Shown here: positions 1 through 8,418 of the stretch, piece by piece
Position numbering within the stretch: the stretch's first letter is position 1
Layout of the letters: each line of letters starts with the position of its first letter
Source of the DNA: a virus
Taxonomy: Duplodnaviria; Heunggongvirae; Uroviricota; Caudoviricetes
IMG/VR virus record: IMGVR_UViG_3300042890_002891
Span: 1 to 64,000 of that record
DNA length: 64,000 nt
Direction: 5' to 3' (one strand)
Program-made: the position numbers and the translations under genes
The notes under the pieces: model-generated
The model's input: the letters and a program-made list of their open reading frames with translations, nothing else
Told to the model about the DNA's origin: nothing
The model's database searches: none

Positions 1-146
1 GCATGGGGTGTATCTTCTTCACAGAGCCCAAACCATTTGTTGCCTTAAGTTAGCAATTGCCTTTGACGTCCAAGTCCAGACCGGGTATCTCACCGTTCCT
101 CAATGGAGCCGAACCAAACATTCGGCACAGTGTCGTTTGTGTTGCC

Positions 147-575
147 TTAAATTTTGTTTATGATGTGTGAGCCATGTACTCTGACTGAGATATGGCCATT
201 GTAATAATCTGCGGATTCCAATACCTTGCGATTGAACTGTTCTCTAGCTTCAATGTATGAACATTGTGCTTTTGAAGTGCAATAGTAAAGTATTTCTCTG
301 GTGAAGTTTTCGGTGCCTAGGGTGTTTACGTCAACAGTAAGATTTTCGCTTGAACCGTAGTAGTCGCGCCAATCACTGTCAATTTTGGTTCTAATTTTCT
401 TTTTTTTCTTGATGCCGTTTTTTTGCTTGACTGTTTTGTATGTGGTTTTTGAAAATTTAGCTAGTTTTTTGCCTATGTACTTGCGACCAGAAAGATTATT
501 GGTGATCAGGTAAACAAATCCTATGCATTCTTCGGGCAGTGTCTCAACTGGAGTGTTTTGATAGTGCCATGTCAT
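147..575 (-). CDS. GIY-YIG-like nuclease family protein (Seg-like), 142 aa
   Basis: GFVYLIT...KYIGKK bipartite motif, then YYGSS and a conserved E (IEAREQ); Lys-rich insert. Confidence 0.7.
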   Translation of the reverse strand: MTWHYQNTPVETLPEECIGFVYLITNNLSGRKYIGKKLAKFSKTTYKTVKQKNGIKKKKKIRTKIDSDWRDYYGSSENLTVDVNTLGTENFTREILYYCTSKAQCSYIEAREQFNRKVLESADYYNGHISVRVHGSHIINKI

Positions 576-608
576 GCGAAAATTTGTTGTATTACCTTTG
601 CAGTATAG

Positions 609-1193
609 TTATGCCTTGTGGTTGAGATTGCAGTAAAAAGTTGCCTCTTCTAGCACTGTGTTTGAATCCACAGTGATAGCGTATTTTATAAAATTGCTTA
701 TGTCGTTTAGATTGATTCCGTTGCCTGTCCAGGATGCGCGGCTACGAGTCAACTCAGTATCCAGTCTATCCAGTGTTATTAGTGTGGTTTTGAATCCCAC
801 TTGATTTTGTTTAAATGCCTGTGTACCTTGCTTGCTGGCATGCGACAAGGCAGCTTTGGCTACTCTGTAGGTTTCAAATCTGGGCTCAGGTGCAACAACG
901 GTCTTGTTGCCCGAGCTGCCGATGTTGAAAATATGTCCTGTCTTGCCAGCAGTTTTCCACGCATCATACACTGCAAAGTACACCTGTGACTGTGCAAAAT
1001 TTGCCCAGGATTCTTGCGGAGGACCGTCAAATGCATTGTTGATAAACACATCGTAGTCTATGCTGTGGGCAGCAATTTTTTCAACATCTTTGGTGATATC
1101 CCAGCCGTTTGCTCTGCTGATGCTTTGTGCATTCAATGCAGTTGCTAGATACAACCCTAGCCCTTTGTTGCCACCTGTGATCAATGTGTTCAT
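609..1193 (-). CDS. Short-chain dehydrogenase/reductase (compact SDR)
   Basis: N-terminal TGGNKGLG Rossmann motif, FINNA, NIGSS, catalytic YRVAK (YxxxK). Confidence 0.85.
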   Translation of the reverse strand: MNTLITGGNKGLGLYLATALNAQSISRANGWDITKDVEKIAAHSIDYDVFINNAFDGPPQESWANFAQSQVYFAVYDAWKTAGKTGHIFNIGSSGNKTVVAPEPRFETYRVAKAALSHASKQGTQAFKQNQVGFKTTLITLDRLDTELTRSRASWTGNGINLNDISNFIKYAITVDSNTVLEEATFYCNLNHKA

Positions 1194-2293
1194 CTAACGG
1201 ATCCTCCTTGATCCCATACTTTTTGCAATTTTGACCCGCAAGTCATTGCGCATTCAAACAGCCTATTTTTATTGTTCCAACTGCTCACCAGATCATTCCA
1301 GAACGCATTGTTAAAAATAGCATCAAGTGAATGATGTTGTATGCTCAAATTATCTAATCCGTATTTTTCTAAAAATTCACGAACTTGATTCTTGCCATTG
1401 ACCTGGCTCAAGGCGTTTGCACCTGGCAACGAATTATTGCGGAACCTAGCATCGTACAAATTGTGATTGAAAAAATTGCAAGGTAGCACGACACCTTGTG
1501 CTGTAATCACAACTTTTTTACCTAGTAAGGAATCACATTTTATCTCAGTTGTATCAAAATAGTCTTTGATATTTTTGTATTCACTCTTGAGCATGGGCAG
1601 GAACATCATACTACGGTTTCTGTATTCAGAATTTTCTGGAGGCTCTAGCACCTGGCTACTGTTTGATACAGGCCACTCAGACAGTTCTTCCAGAGTGTCA
1701 TGATTTAAAAATCTTCCCGTTTTACGTATCAGTATATTAAAAAATCCCATGTCGTGTGCCAGTTGCTTTGCAGCCTCAACTTGATGTTCGTTGTGTTTGA
1801 ACACAATAAAATTCCACTGCGCTCTACCGCCGGCATTTATATAGGCTTGAGCATTTTCAATGACTTTGTGATATTTTACATTCTTTCTATACAGATGTAA
1901 AGTATCTTCCAGGCCGTCGATGCCAAAATCAATTTGTCCATACCCGTTCATGATTTGTGCTATCTCTGTCCAGTACGCTGGCTCATGCACTCCTCCATTG
2001 GTATGGATATACAACCACAAGGTAGGATTTTTTCTTCTAAAATCTCTAAGTATACCCAGGAAGTCTGGATGCATGATTGGATCACCGTAGCTGCCACAAA
2101 AGAACACTTGTCTCAATCGTTGACACAACTCGTCAGTGAATGCTGTGTCAATTACCATTCTGTCAAGATGATCCAGCGGCATAAACGGATTGAGTCCGTG
2201 CCCAAGTGAGTTTCGTGGACATTGAGGACAAGCAGCATTGCAGTAAGTTGTAATTTCCAACTGATACTCGTCAATGGTATCAAAATTAAACAT
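1190..2293 (-). CDS. Radical SAM protein with C-terminal SPASM/twitch-like Cys domain
   Basis: CNAACPQC; GSYGDP; HTNGG; FGIDG; C-terminal C..PC..CAMTCG; start moved to ATG 2293 (MFNFDT), which overlaps the upstream stop. Confidence 0.85.
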   Translation of the reverse strand: MFNFDTIDEYQLEITTYCNAACPQCPRNSLGHGLNPFMPLDHLDRMVIDTAFTDELCQRLRQVFFCGSYGDPIMHPDFLGILRDFRRKNPTLWLYIHTNGGVHEPAYWTEIAQIMNGYGQIDFGIDGLEDTLHLYRKNVKYHKVIENAQAYINAGGRAQWNFIVFKHNEHQVEAAKQLAHDMGFFNILIRKTGRFLNHDTLEELSEWPVSNSSQVLEPPENSEYRNRSMMFLPMLKSEYKNIKDYFDTTEIKCDSLLGKKVVITAQGVVLPCNFFNHNLYDARFRNNSLPGANALSQVNGKNQVREFLEKYGLDNLSIQHHSLDAIFNNAFWNDLVSSWNNKNRLFECAMTCGSKLQKVWDQGGSVR

Positions 2294-3158
2294 GCAGTTC
2301 AGTCTCTCTTTGCCATTGGTTACTAAAACTAGAGCCGCCATCTTTGGATCCGCATGTGTCTACACAAACAATATTGGGCTGCGGACTATTCCAGGAACTT
2401 TGCACACTGTCAAAATCTGTGACAAAATCTCGTTGTCTAGAACCCAACCAACAGCAAGGACTCATATTACCTTGCGCATCAATGTATGCGCTTTGCTCTT
2501 GGAGTGCATGACAATTGATTTGGGCAGAAATCACTTGAGGAAGATGCCATCCTACAGGTGCTTCAAGTCTATCTGTGAATCCACGGCGGCTAATCTTGGC
2601 ACGAAACCATTTGAATCCCATGTTGCGAGCAAGTTGTTCGCACTCATCAACTTGATGTTGATTGTGCTTGTACACTAGCATATCCCAGTGTGCAGAGCCC
2701 CCAGCTTCTATAAACGCTTGTGCGTTTTGCATTAGCTTAGACCACTTGACATTCTTTCGATACACTTCGTTTGTGCTTTCTAAACCGTCAATGCTAAACA
2801 CCGCATAATCCTGGGGCTGGTTAAACATAGTGCCCAGGGCATGCCACCATAGTGTGGTTTGCAGGCCACCGTTGCTGTTTATACCCAATGTAATGTTAGG
2901 GTTTAAATTTCTAAAATAATTGTAAATGTCCAGAGTGTGTTTTCCAGCTGCTGGATCACCATATACACCGCACATGAACATCTTGTCAAGTTGTGCAATT
3001 TGTTCGTCAGTGAAGTGTTCAAGAATCTTTGACACTGTGAGATGATGCTGACGATCCTTGCGGAAGTTGAGATCAGTTTCTCTGGCACACAGGGCACAGG
3101 CGGCCTGACACACGTCCGTGGGTTCCAAATGTAGGACTTGAATACTACGCAAGTTCAA
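2286..3158 (-). CDS. Radical SAM protein with C-terminal twitch-like domain (paralog of 1190-2293)
   Basis: CQAACALC; GVYGDP; NSNGG; FSIDG; C-terminal C..PCCW..CVDTCG. Confidence 0.85.
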   Translation of the reverse strand: MNLRSIQVLHLEPTDVCQAACALCARETDLNFRKDRQHHLTVSKILEHFTDEQIAQLDKMFMCGVYGDPAAGKHTLDIYNYFRNLNPNITLGINSNGGLQTTLWWHALGTMFNQPQDYAVFSIDGLESTNEVYRKNVKWSKLMQNAQAFIEAGGSAHWDMLVYKHNQHQVDECEQLARNMGFKWFRAKISRRGFTDRLEAPVGWHLPQVISAQINCHALQEQSAYIDAQGNMSPCCWLGSRQRDFVTDFDSVQSSWNSPQPNIVCVDTCGSKDGGSSFSNQWQRETELHV

Positions 3159-5226
3159 CCTCGGTGTTGTAGTTTGTGAATCCGTTTTCCTTCACAACCT
3201 TGAGGATGTTTTCTACTCGTCCACTCAGTTCATCTCTATGACTCACAAGCCAGATACTCTTGTGGCGTTCACGACTCATGCGTTTGAGCAGGGCCAGCGC
3301 ATTCTCTACACCTGCTGTGTCCAGGCCATTGTCAATCAGTTCATCTACAAACAACAGGTTGATTGGTGAGTACAGGCTTTCCCAAACGTCGCGGAATGCA
3401 AAGTTTAAACTCAAGATCAGTCTGGTGCGTTCACCTCTGCTGAGATTGTCAAAGTCCAGTTCACGACCCAGTTCTTCAATGCTGACACTGAGATCGTTTT
3501 GAAACTTCACAGTGTGCGGCAACCCAATGCGATCCAGATAGTGCGTGAGCCTTGCGTTGAGATAACTTAGATTCTGATCAATAATCTTTTTGCGAACAAA
3601 ACTGTCCTTGCTGGTCAGCAGTTTAAGCAGGAAGTCCTGATGCTCTTGCAGTCGATTGAGATCGTTTAGTGCATCATAACTCACAATCTGCAGAGCCTGA
3701 TCTGTCATGTCGTCGATCTGATCAGTGTAAGGATCAGATTCGGCTGTCTTGGTTGTGATCTGTTGCAACAGATTAGCAACCTGACTCATGTGTGTGACGG
3801 CCTTGGCTTCGGTGTCGTAATGAGTAACTGGTTGAGCACCCAGCACAACCTCAGTGTATTCCAAAATCTGTTCAGCATAAGGATCAAGTTCCAAAAGTTT
3901 GGTATCAATTTGCTTTTGAATATTTTCCAACTCGCTTGAATGTCTAATAGCTTCTGCTTCAGTACGGTAGTGTGTAACAGGCTTTGCACCTAACACGCCT
4001 AGTGCAGACAGTGCTGCGGCGTGTTCGATCAGCTGACTGTTTGTGGCCAAGATCTGTAGTTCAGCTTCTTGCAGGGTCTTGCGTTTGGCTTCCAGTACTG
4101 CTTCGTGACTTCCGTCGTGGAACTCTTGTCCACAAGCATAGCATTTGTGTGCTTCTAGTTCAGCAATCTCTGCAGCTAGTTTGGCAATAGAGGTTTGCTC
4201 TCGAATCTCATCAGACTTGCAACGAGCAATCAGCTTTTCAAGATCTGCTGTGTTCTTGGACTGGTGTGTGTAAGCAGTCAGAGCAGTGTGCGCTGCCAGT
4301 TCGGCCTCAATGTCAATGTGACTTAGTAGATCATAGTTGGCTCGAAATTCAGCCACATCTCGAAATTGTTTTTGTCTCCAGGCTGTAGATCTAGCCACCA
4401 AGGCAGTGTGAGCATCCTGCGCTGTCTTTTGTTGACTGTAGACAGCAAGATCTCGATGTGCCAGCAATTCAGCTTCAATGTTGATCTGTGTTAGGTCAGC
4501 ATACTGTGTGGCAAGATATTCAAGATCGCTGTCTTGCTTTTTTTGCCATAACACTCGTCGACGCCGGAGACTTTCAATCTGTTCTGCAATACGACTGTTG
4601 GCTTCAACTACTGCTCTGATTCTAAATTCTTCTTGAGATACAGCATCCTTGGTGCCTCTGGCCAGTTCCTTGATTGCATCAGCACGTTCACTCAGCAGGG
4701 TAATGCCCAACAACTGTTCAATAATGGTTCGTTGATCATTGGCTTTTAGACCCAGGAACGGTTCAGTGTAGGTATTGAGAGCCACAACATGTTTGAACAT
4801 GTCGTGACTCATGTTCATGATACGTTCCACAGCGTCTTGAGTTTCTCTGGAATCACCTTGTGCTTCGTCTGTGGCCACAGTGGCTTCGTTGTTCACATAG
4901 AATTTCAGTACGTTGGGTTTGCGACCGCGCTCAATTCTATACTCTGCACCGTTGACTGCAAACTCCAGGCTGACCAACATGTTTTTGCCGTTGGTCTTGT
5001 TGACCAGATTATCCTTGCGGATGTTTGACAGAGCATTACCATACAAGGCATAGCTGAGTGCATTGATAATTGTGGTCTTGCCTGTGCCGTTGCGTGATCC
5101 GTCGCCGCCTAGGTCAAGATTTTCGCCCAGCACCAGGGTAATGTCTTTGCGGTCAAAGTTGATGGCCTGTGTGGCAGCCCCCACACTCATGAAGTTTCGA
5201 ACAGTGAGATTTTTTATTGATATCAT
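3145..5226 (-). CDS. gp46: Recombination endonuclease ATPase subunit (T4 gp46/SbcC/Rad50-like)
   Basis: Walker A NGTGKTT, coiled coil with CYAC zinc hook, signature LSRGE, Walker B LFVDE, VSH; adjacent to gp47. Confidence 0.95.
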   Translation of the reverse strand: MISIKNLTVRNFMSVGAATQAINFDRKDITLVLGENLDLGGDGSRNGTGKTTIINALSYALYGNALSNIRKDNLVNKTNGKNMLVSLEFAVNGAEYRIERGRKPNVLKFYVNNEATVATDEAQGDSRETQDAVERIMNMSHDMFKHVVALNTYTEPFLGLKANDQRTIIEQLLGITLLSERADAIKELARGTKDAVSQEEFRIRAVVEANSRIAEQIESLRRRRVLWQKKQDSDLEYLATQYADLTQINIEAELLAHRDLAVYSQQKTAQDAHTALVARSTAWRQKQFRDVAEFRANYDLLSHIDIEAELAAHTALTAYTHQSKNTADLEKLIARCKSDEIREQTSIAKLAAEIAELEAHKCYACGQEFHDGSHEAVLEAKRKTLQEAELQILATNSQLIEHAAALSALGVLGAKPVTHYRTEAEAIRHSSELENIQKQIDTKLLELDPYAEQILEYTEVVLGAQPVTHYDTEAKAVTHMSQVANLLQQITTKTAESDPYTDQIDDMTDQALQIVSYDALNDLNRLQEHQDFLLKLLTSKDSFVRKKIIDQNLSYLNARLTHYLDRIGLPHTVKFQNDLSVSIEELGRELDFDNLSRGERTRLILSLNFAFRDVWESLYSPINLLFVDELIDNGLDTAGVENALALLKRMSRERHKSIWLVSHRDELSGRVENILKVVKENGFTNYNTEVELA

Positions 5227-6239
5227 AAGTTTTGATAAATCTTCAACAGCAGTTTGTTATCGTAGAATTCGGATTCAATGTTGGTAATCTGGTCTGTGAC
5301 AATTTGATCCACTGATTCAAACTTGATCTCACCAGGCGACATGTCGGTGTCTACCGAACTAGACTTGTTGGGTATCAGAGCCATCTCTCTAAGTCCGTAG
5401 TCTTTGATAAACGTTTCTTTGATAAAGTTGGCTTCTTCGTATGAAATCTCAATGTCTAACTGCACACGCACATGCATGCCTGGCGCCAGGATAGTGGCAG
5501 CATTGTCAATGATGTTGCTGAGACCAAACACACGATATCTGGGCTGATCTGGCCAGGCATGGAACTCGGGCTCCTTGTCCCATTCTAGAATCATCATGCC
5601 GCGATCATCGTCGCCGGCATCTGCATAGTTGTGCGGAAAACAATTGCCAATGTAGGTAATGTTCTTTTTGGTCTGCCGCTTGTGAAAGTGTCCAGTGAAC
5701 ACATGTTCAAAGCCGGTGAAGTGTTCCCGTTGCACTTCGCCATGATCGGGCATTTCAATTTGTGCATTCATCAAGTAACCGGGCAGCTCAAAGTGCCCAA
5801 ACATGTACTTGCCCGTTAGTTTGGGTATGCGTTTATGATCATCTCCACATAGCCAAGGGGCAATAGTGACATTACCGTGGCTAACCCAATCATTGCAGAT
5901 TTCCACATTAGGGAGGTGCTTTGCCCACTCCACGCTTTGAATGTCACGTTTATCGCGATAATATAAATCGTGGTTACCAGGAATAAAATACACACGTTGA
6001 AAATTAGCATTCATGTGCTCCAGTGCTTGTAGGCTGTAGTTGAGTGTGACAATGTTGAGACTGGCACGGTTGTTGTGCCAGTCACCCAGAAACATGCAGG
6101 TTTCGCAACCTTGTTCCATGGCCTTGGCCGTGGCCCACTTCACAAAGTTCAGGCAGTCCTCATTGTGTTGAGTGCTGTTGCTCTTGAGTCCAAAATGTAT
6201 GTCCGTGAAGACCGCAGCTTTGCGAAATAGATTTGTCAT
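5223..6239 (-). CDS. gp47: Recombination nuclease subunit (T4 gp47/SbcD/Mre11-like metallophosphoesterase)
   Basis: DIHFG, LGDW, GNHD, GHF, GHFH phosphoesterase motifs; stop overlaps gp46 start. Confidence 0.95.
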   Translation of the reverse strand: MTNLFRKAAVFTDIHFGLKSNSTQHNEDCLNFVKWATAKAMEQGCETCMFLGDWHNNRASLNIVTLNYSLQALEHMNANFQRVYFIPGNHDLYYRDKRDIQSVEWAKHLPNVEICNDWVSHGNVTIAPWLCGDDHKRIPKLTGKYMFGHFELPGYLMNAQIEMPDHGEVQREHFTGFEHVFTGHFHKRQTKKNITYIGNCFPHNYADAGDDDRGMMILEWDKEPEFHAWPDQPRYRVFGLSNIIDNAATILAPGMHVRVQLDIEISYEEANFIKETFIKDYGLREMALIPNKSSSVDTDMSPGEIKFESVDQIVTDQITNIESEFYDNKLLLKIYQNL

Positions 6240-6245
6240 TAATAC

Positions 6246-6274
6246 AGTTTACAGGTATTCTTCTACTAAGTCGA
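6246..6274 (-). promoter_or_regulatory. Possible sigma70-like promoter for gp47 (near-leaderless)
   Basis: Minus strand TCGACT-N17-TAAACT ending 6 nt before the ATG at 6239. Confidence 0.35.
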
Positions 6275-7406
6275 GTATATTGGGCCAAAGATCTTGAAAT
6301 TTTTGATGATTGTATTGATCATACTGGATTATTTGATCATTGAACATTTTCAAAGTGACTAATGCTGGTTCCTTGGATTTGGTCAATCGATTGAATGTGG
6401 CATCTATTCCTTGTATAGGATAAAAATCTCTATCTTCGGGATGTAAGTTTTCAAAATGCCATTCACTGGCTGCCTTGAGCTCGTATGCGGCTTTTTTGCG
6501 AATAGACTCTGGCATGTTAAACACATCCATGCTATAGTTGTCGATAATCGGAAACATGTTGATTTTTTTGATTCCAGCCTGATGAAAAGTTTTTATAGTT
6601 TCTACAATGTCAAATGCACTAAACATACTATAGACAAAATTGATAGAGACTGTGTCGGGCCAATGTTGCACCAGATATTGTAAGTTGTCTTCAATTAGAG
6701 ACCACTTGCCCATATTTCGAACATATTCAAATTTTGCACCAGTGTTTTCTAAACTCACATTCCACTTGGTGTTTGATCTAGGTCTGCTCAATAATCGTGG
6801 CGTGCATGGCAGCTCGGACAATTTGTAACTGAGATTGGTTATGATGCTGATTTTGCATTGGTCAGATAAATTATCAATCAATTTGTAGTTTTGTTTCATC
6901 AACATGGGTTCACCACCTACTAACATAATCTCATCTATCTCTGTACTCCGGCTCAATATCCATTGCAGTAGATCGTCTTGGTACGGCTTGATCACCAAAC
7001 TGCGTTTGATGTTGAGCCGATCTTGCCATACGCTGCTGAAAGTGGGATTACAATACACACATCCAAGATTACAGGCGTTGTTCCACCTTATATCCAAACA
7101 TTTTAGATTCAGTTGATCTTCAACAAAATCAGGATAGAATAAATTGTAGTGTTCTTTAAGAGTAGCTAGCCCTGACTGAGTTTCAGACTCAATACAAGTT
7201 TGACAATTTTTTTGGTCAGGTTTACCGGATAACATATTTTGTTGTATCTCTTTGAGCGACTGAGATTTTAATATCTCCTGGATGCCGGTCTCATTAAGAT
7301 TCCCTAGCGAAGTGCCGCCAACACAGCAAGTTCGAACATGACCATCTTCTCGAACAGTCAATCCTGTCCAGGGTGCAGTGCAAAAAACTTTTGCCATGTG
7401 ATTCAT
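6249..7406 (-). CDS. Radical SAM protein with N-terminal Cys-rich auxiliary (twitch-like) domain
   Basis: N-terminal CTAPW..RTCC..CQTC, then CNLGCVYC, GGEP, TN. Confidence 0.88.
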   Translation of the reverse strand: MNHMAKVFCTAPWTGLTVREDGHVRTCCVGGTSLGNLNETGIQEILKSQSLKEIQQNMLSGKPDQKNCQTCIESETQSGLATLKEHYNLFYPDFVEDQLNLKCLDIRWNNACNLGCVYCNPTFSSVWQDRLNIKRSLVIKPYQDDLLQWILSRSTEIDEIMLVGGEPMLMKQNYKLIDNLSDQCKISIITNLSYKLSELPCTPRLLSRPRSNTKWNVSLENTGAKFEYVRNMGKWSLIEDNLQYLVQHWPDTVSINFVYSMFSAFDIVETIKTFHQAGIKKINMFPIIDNYSMDVFNMPESIRKKAAYELKAASEWHFENLHPEDRDFYPIQGIDATFNRLTKSKEPALVTLKMFNDQIIQYDQYNHQKFQDLWPNILDLVEEYL

Positions 7407-8311
7407 TCGTCTACACTGTAAGTTGTAATTGTAACCGGACCGCTCAGGGCTGCCATTGAGTGCTTGCCAGAATTCTGTCGCGTCCAGCTAGGGTTGAGTC
7501 CGTTCATCTCTAGAATATCATCACGAATGTTTTGACTTTTCTTTTCAATGTTCAGGATACGAGTAAAGCTATTGGTAATAGCGGCAGTATAATACGCAAA
7601 AGGATTCTGCGATTTTGATTCATCAAATTGCAGTCCGATTTGACTGAGTTGTAACAAGGCTTGTCCACGCATTTCTTCATTGTAGGTGTATCCTCTCCAG
7701 TTTGATCTTGTGGCATAACGTTCACACAGTTTCATGAACATCATGGCCAATTTTCTAGTCATGTCACCGTGATCCTTGGAAAACTCTCCGGTTTCAAGAT
7801 CGCCTTTCCAGTGGCTCTTGCCCACCAGGAACGGCACCTTGGCGTCGTCTATACGATAGTGAAAAAACGGAGGAAAGTTCACTCGAATATGTGTGGGATC
7901 CAACATTGGTGCATCAATCAGATCAGCTAGCGGATCTTCGACCACTTCGTCTATCTCTAATAAATCTTCTAGTTTGCTGCGCTTTTTTGCTTCGGCCTTG
8001 GTGATTTTCTTGGGTGCCATGGGTACGTGTTCCCAGGTCATGATTCGAAACACAATGTCTGTGTTGGGTATTTTTTTTGGATCAAGTATCTCACCAGTTT
8101 CACGTTTGATACGATCAGCACGATTTCTACGGGCTTCCGCTATGGTTTTTTGATTGATCTTGCTCAGACTTGGCAGAATAATATCGCACTGGTGATCTAG
8201 ATCAGGATCTCTATAGGCACAGTAGTTTTTTTTGCTGGAATGAATCTCTTTGAGAATGTCTCTGTTGTTGAGATAATTGGTTTTTGGTGTGGTCCTTGCG
8301 ATGATTGCCAT
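7403..8311 (-). CDS. gp55: Late-transcription sigma factor (T4 gp55-like)
   Basis: NYLNNRDIL N-terminus; RSNWRGYTYNEEM and FDESKSQNPFAYYT..ITNSF match the gp55 pattern; located upstream of gp47/gp46 as in T4. Confidence 0.85.
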   Translation of the reverse strand: MAIIARTTPKTNYLNNRDILKEIHSSKKNYCAYRDPDLDHQCDIILPSLSKINQKTIAEARRNRADRIKRETGEILDPKKIPNTDIVFRIMTWEHVPMAPKKITKAEAKKRSKLEDLLEIDEVVEDPLADLIDAPMLDPTHIRVNFPPFFHYRIDDAKVPFLVGKSHWKGDLETGEFSKDHGDMTRKLAMMFMKLCERYATRSNWRGYTYNEEMRGQALLQLSQIGLQFDESKSQNPFAYYTAAITNSFTRILNIEKKSQNIRDDILEMNGLNPSWTRQNSGKHSMAALSGPVTITTYSVDE

Positions 8312-8337
8312 TAAGACAGGTCCTTAAAATATTACTT

Positions 8338-8365
8338 AGTATAACATATTTTGCCACTTTGTCAA
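8338..8365 (-). promoter_or_regulatory. sigma70-type promoter for the gp55-gp47-gp46 operon
   Basis: Minus strand TTGACA (8365-8360)-N16-TATACT (8343-8338) with a TGn extension, in the divergent intergenic gap. Confidence 0.7.
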
Positions 8366-8396
8366 CCTTTATAAACTGAGTGGTTTATTTTTTGGG

Positions 8397-8402
8397 TAAA
8401 TA
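8397..8402 (+). promoter_or_regulatory. Late promoter motif TAAATA at the start of the structural module
   Basis: GGTAAATAA upstream of the ATG at 8419; resembles T4 late TATAAATA; the motif recurs before other structural genes. Confidence 0.65.
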
Positions 8403-8418
8403 AGATATAGGAATCACT

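Noticed and set aside
1-146. tRNA, tmRNA or RNase P RNA
   Set aside because: No cloverleaf or T-loop and no GAGGAAAGTCC signature; kept only as an unassigned structured region
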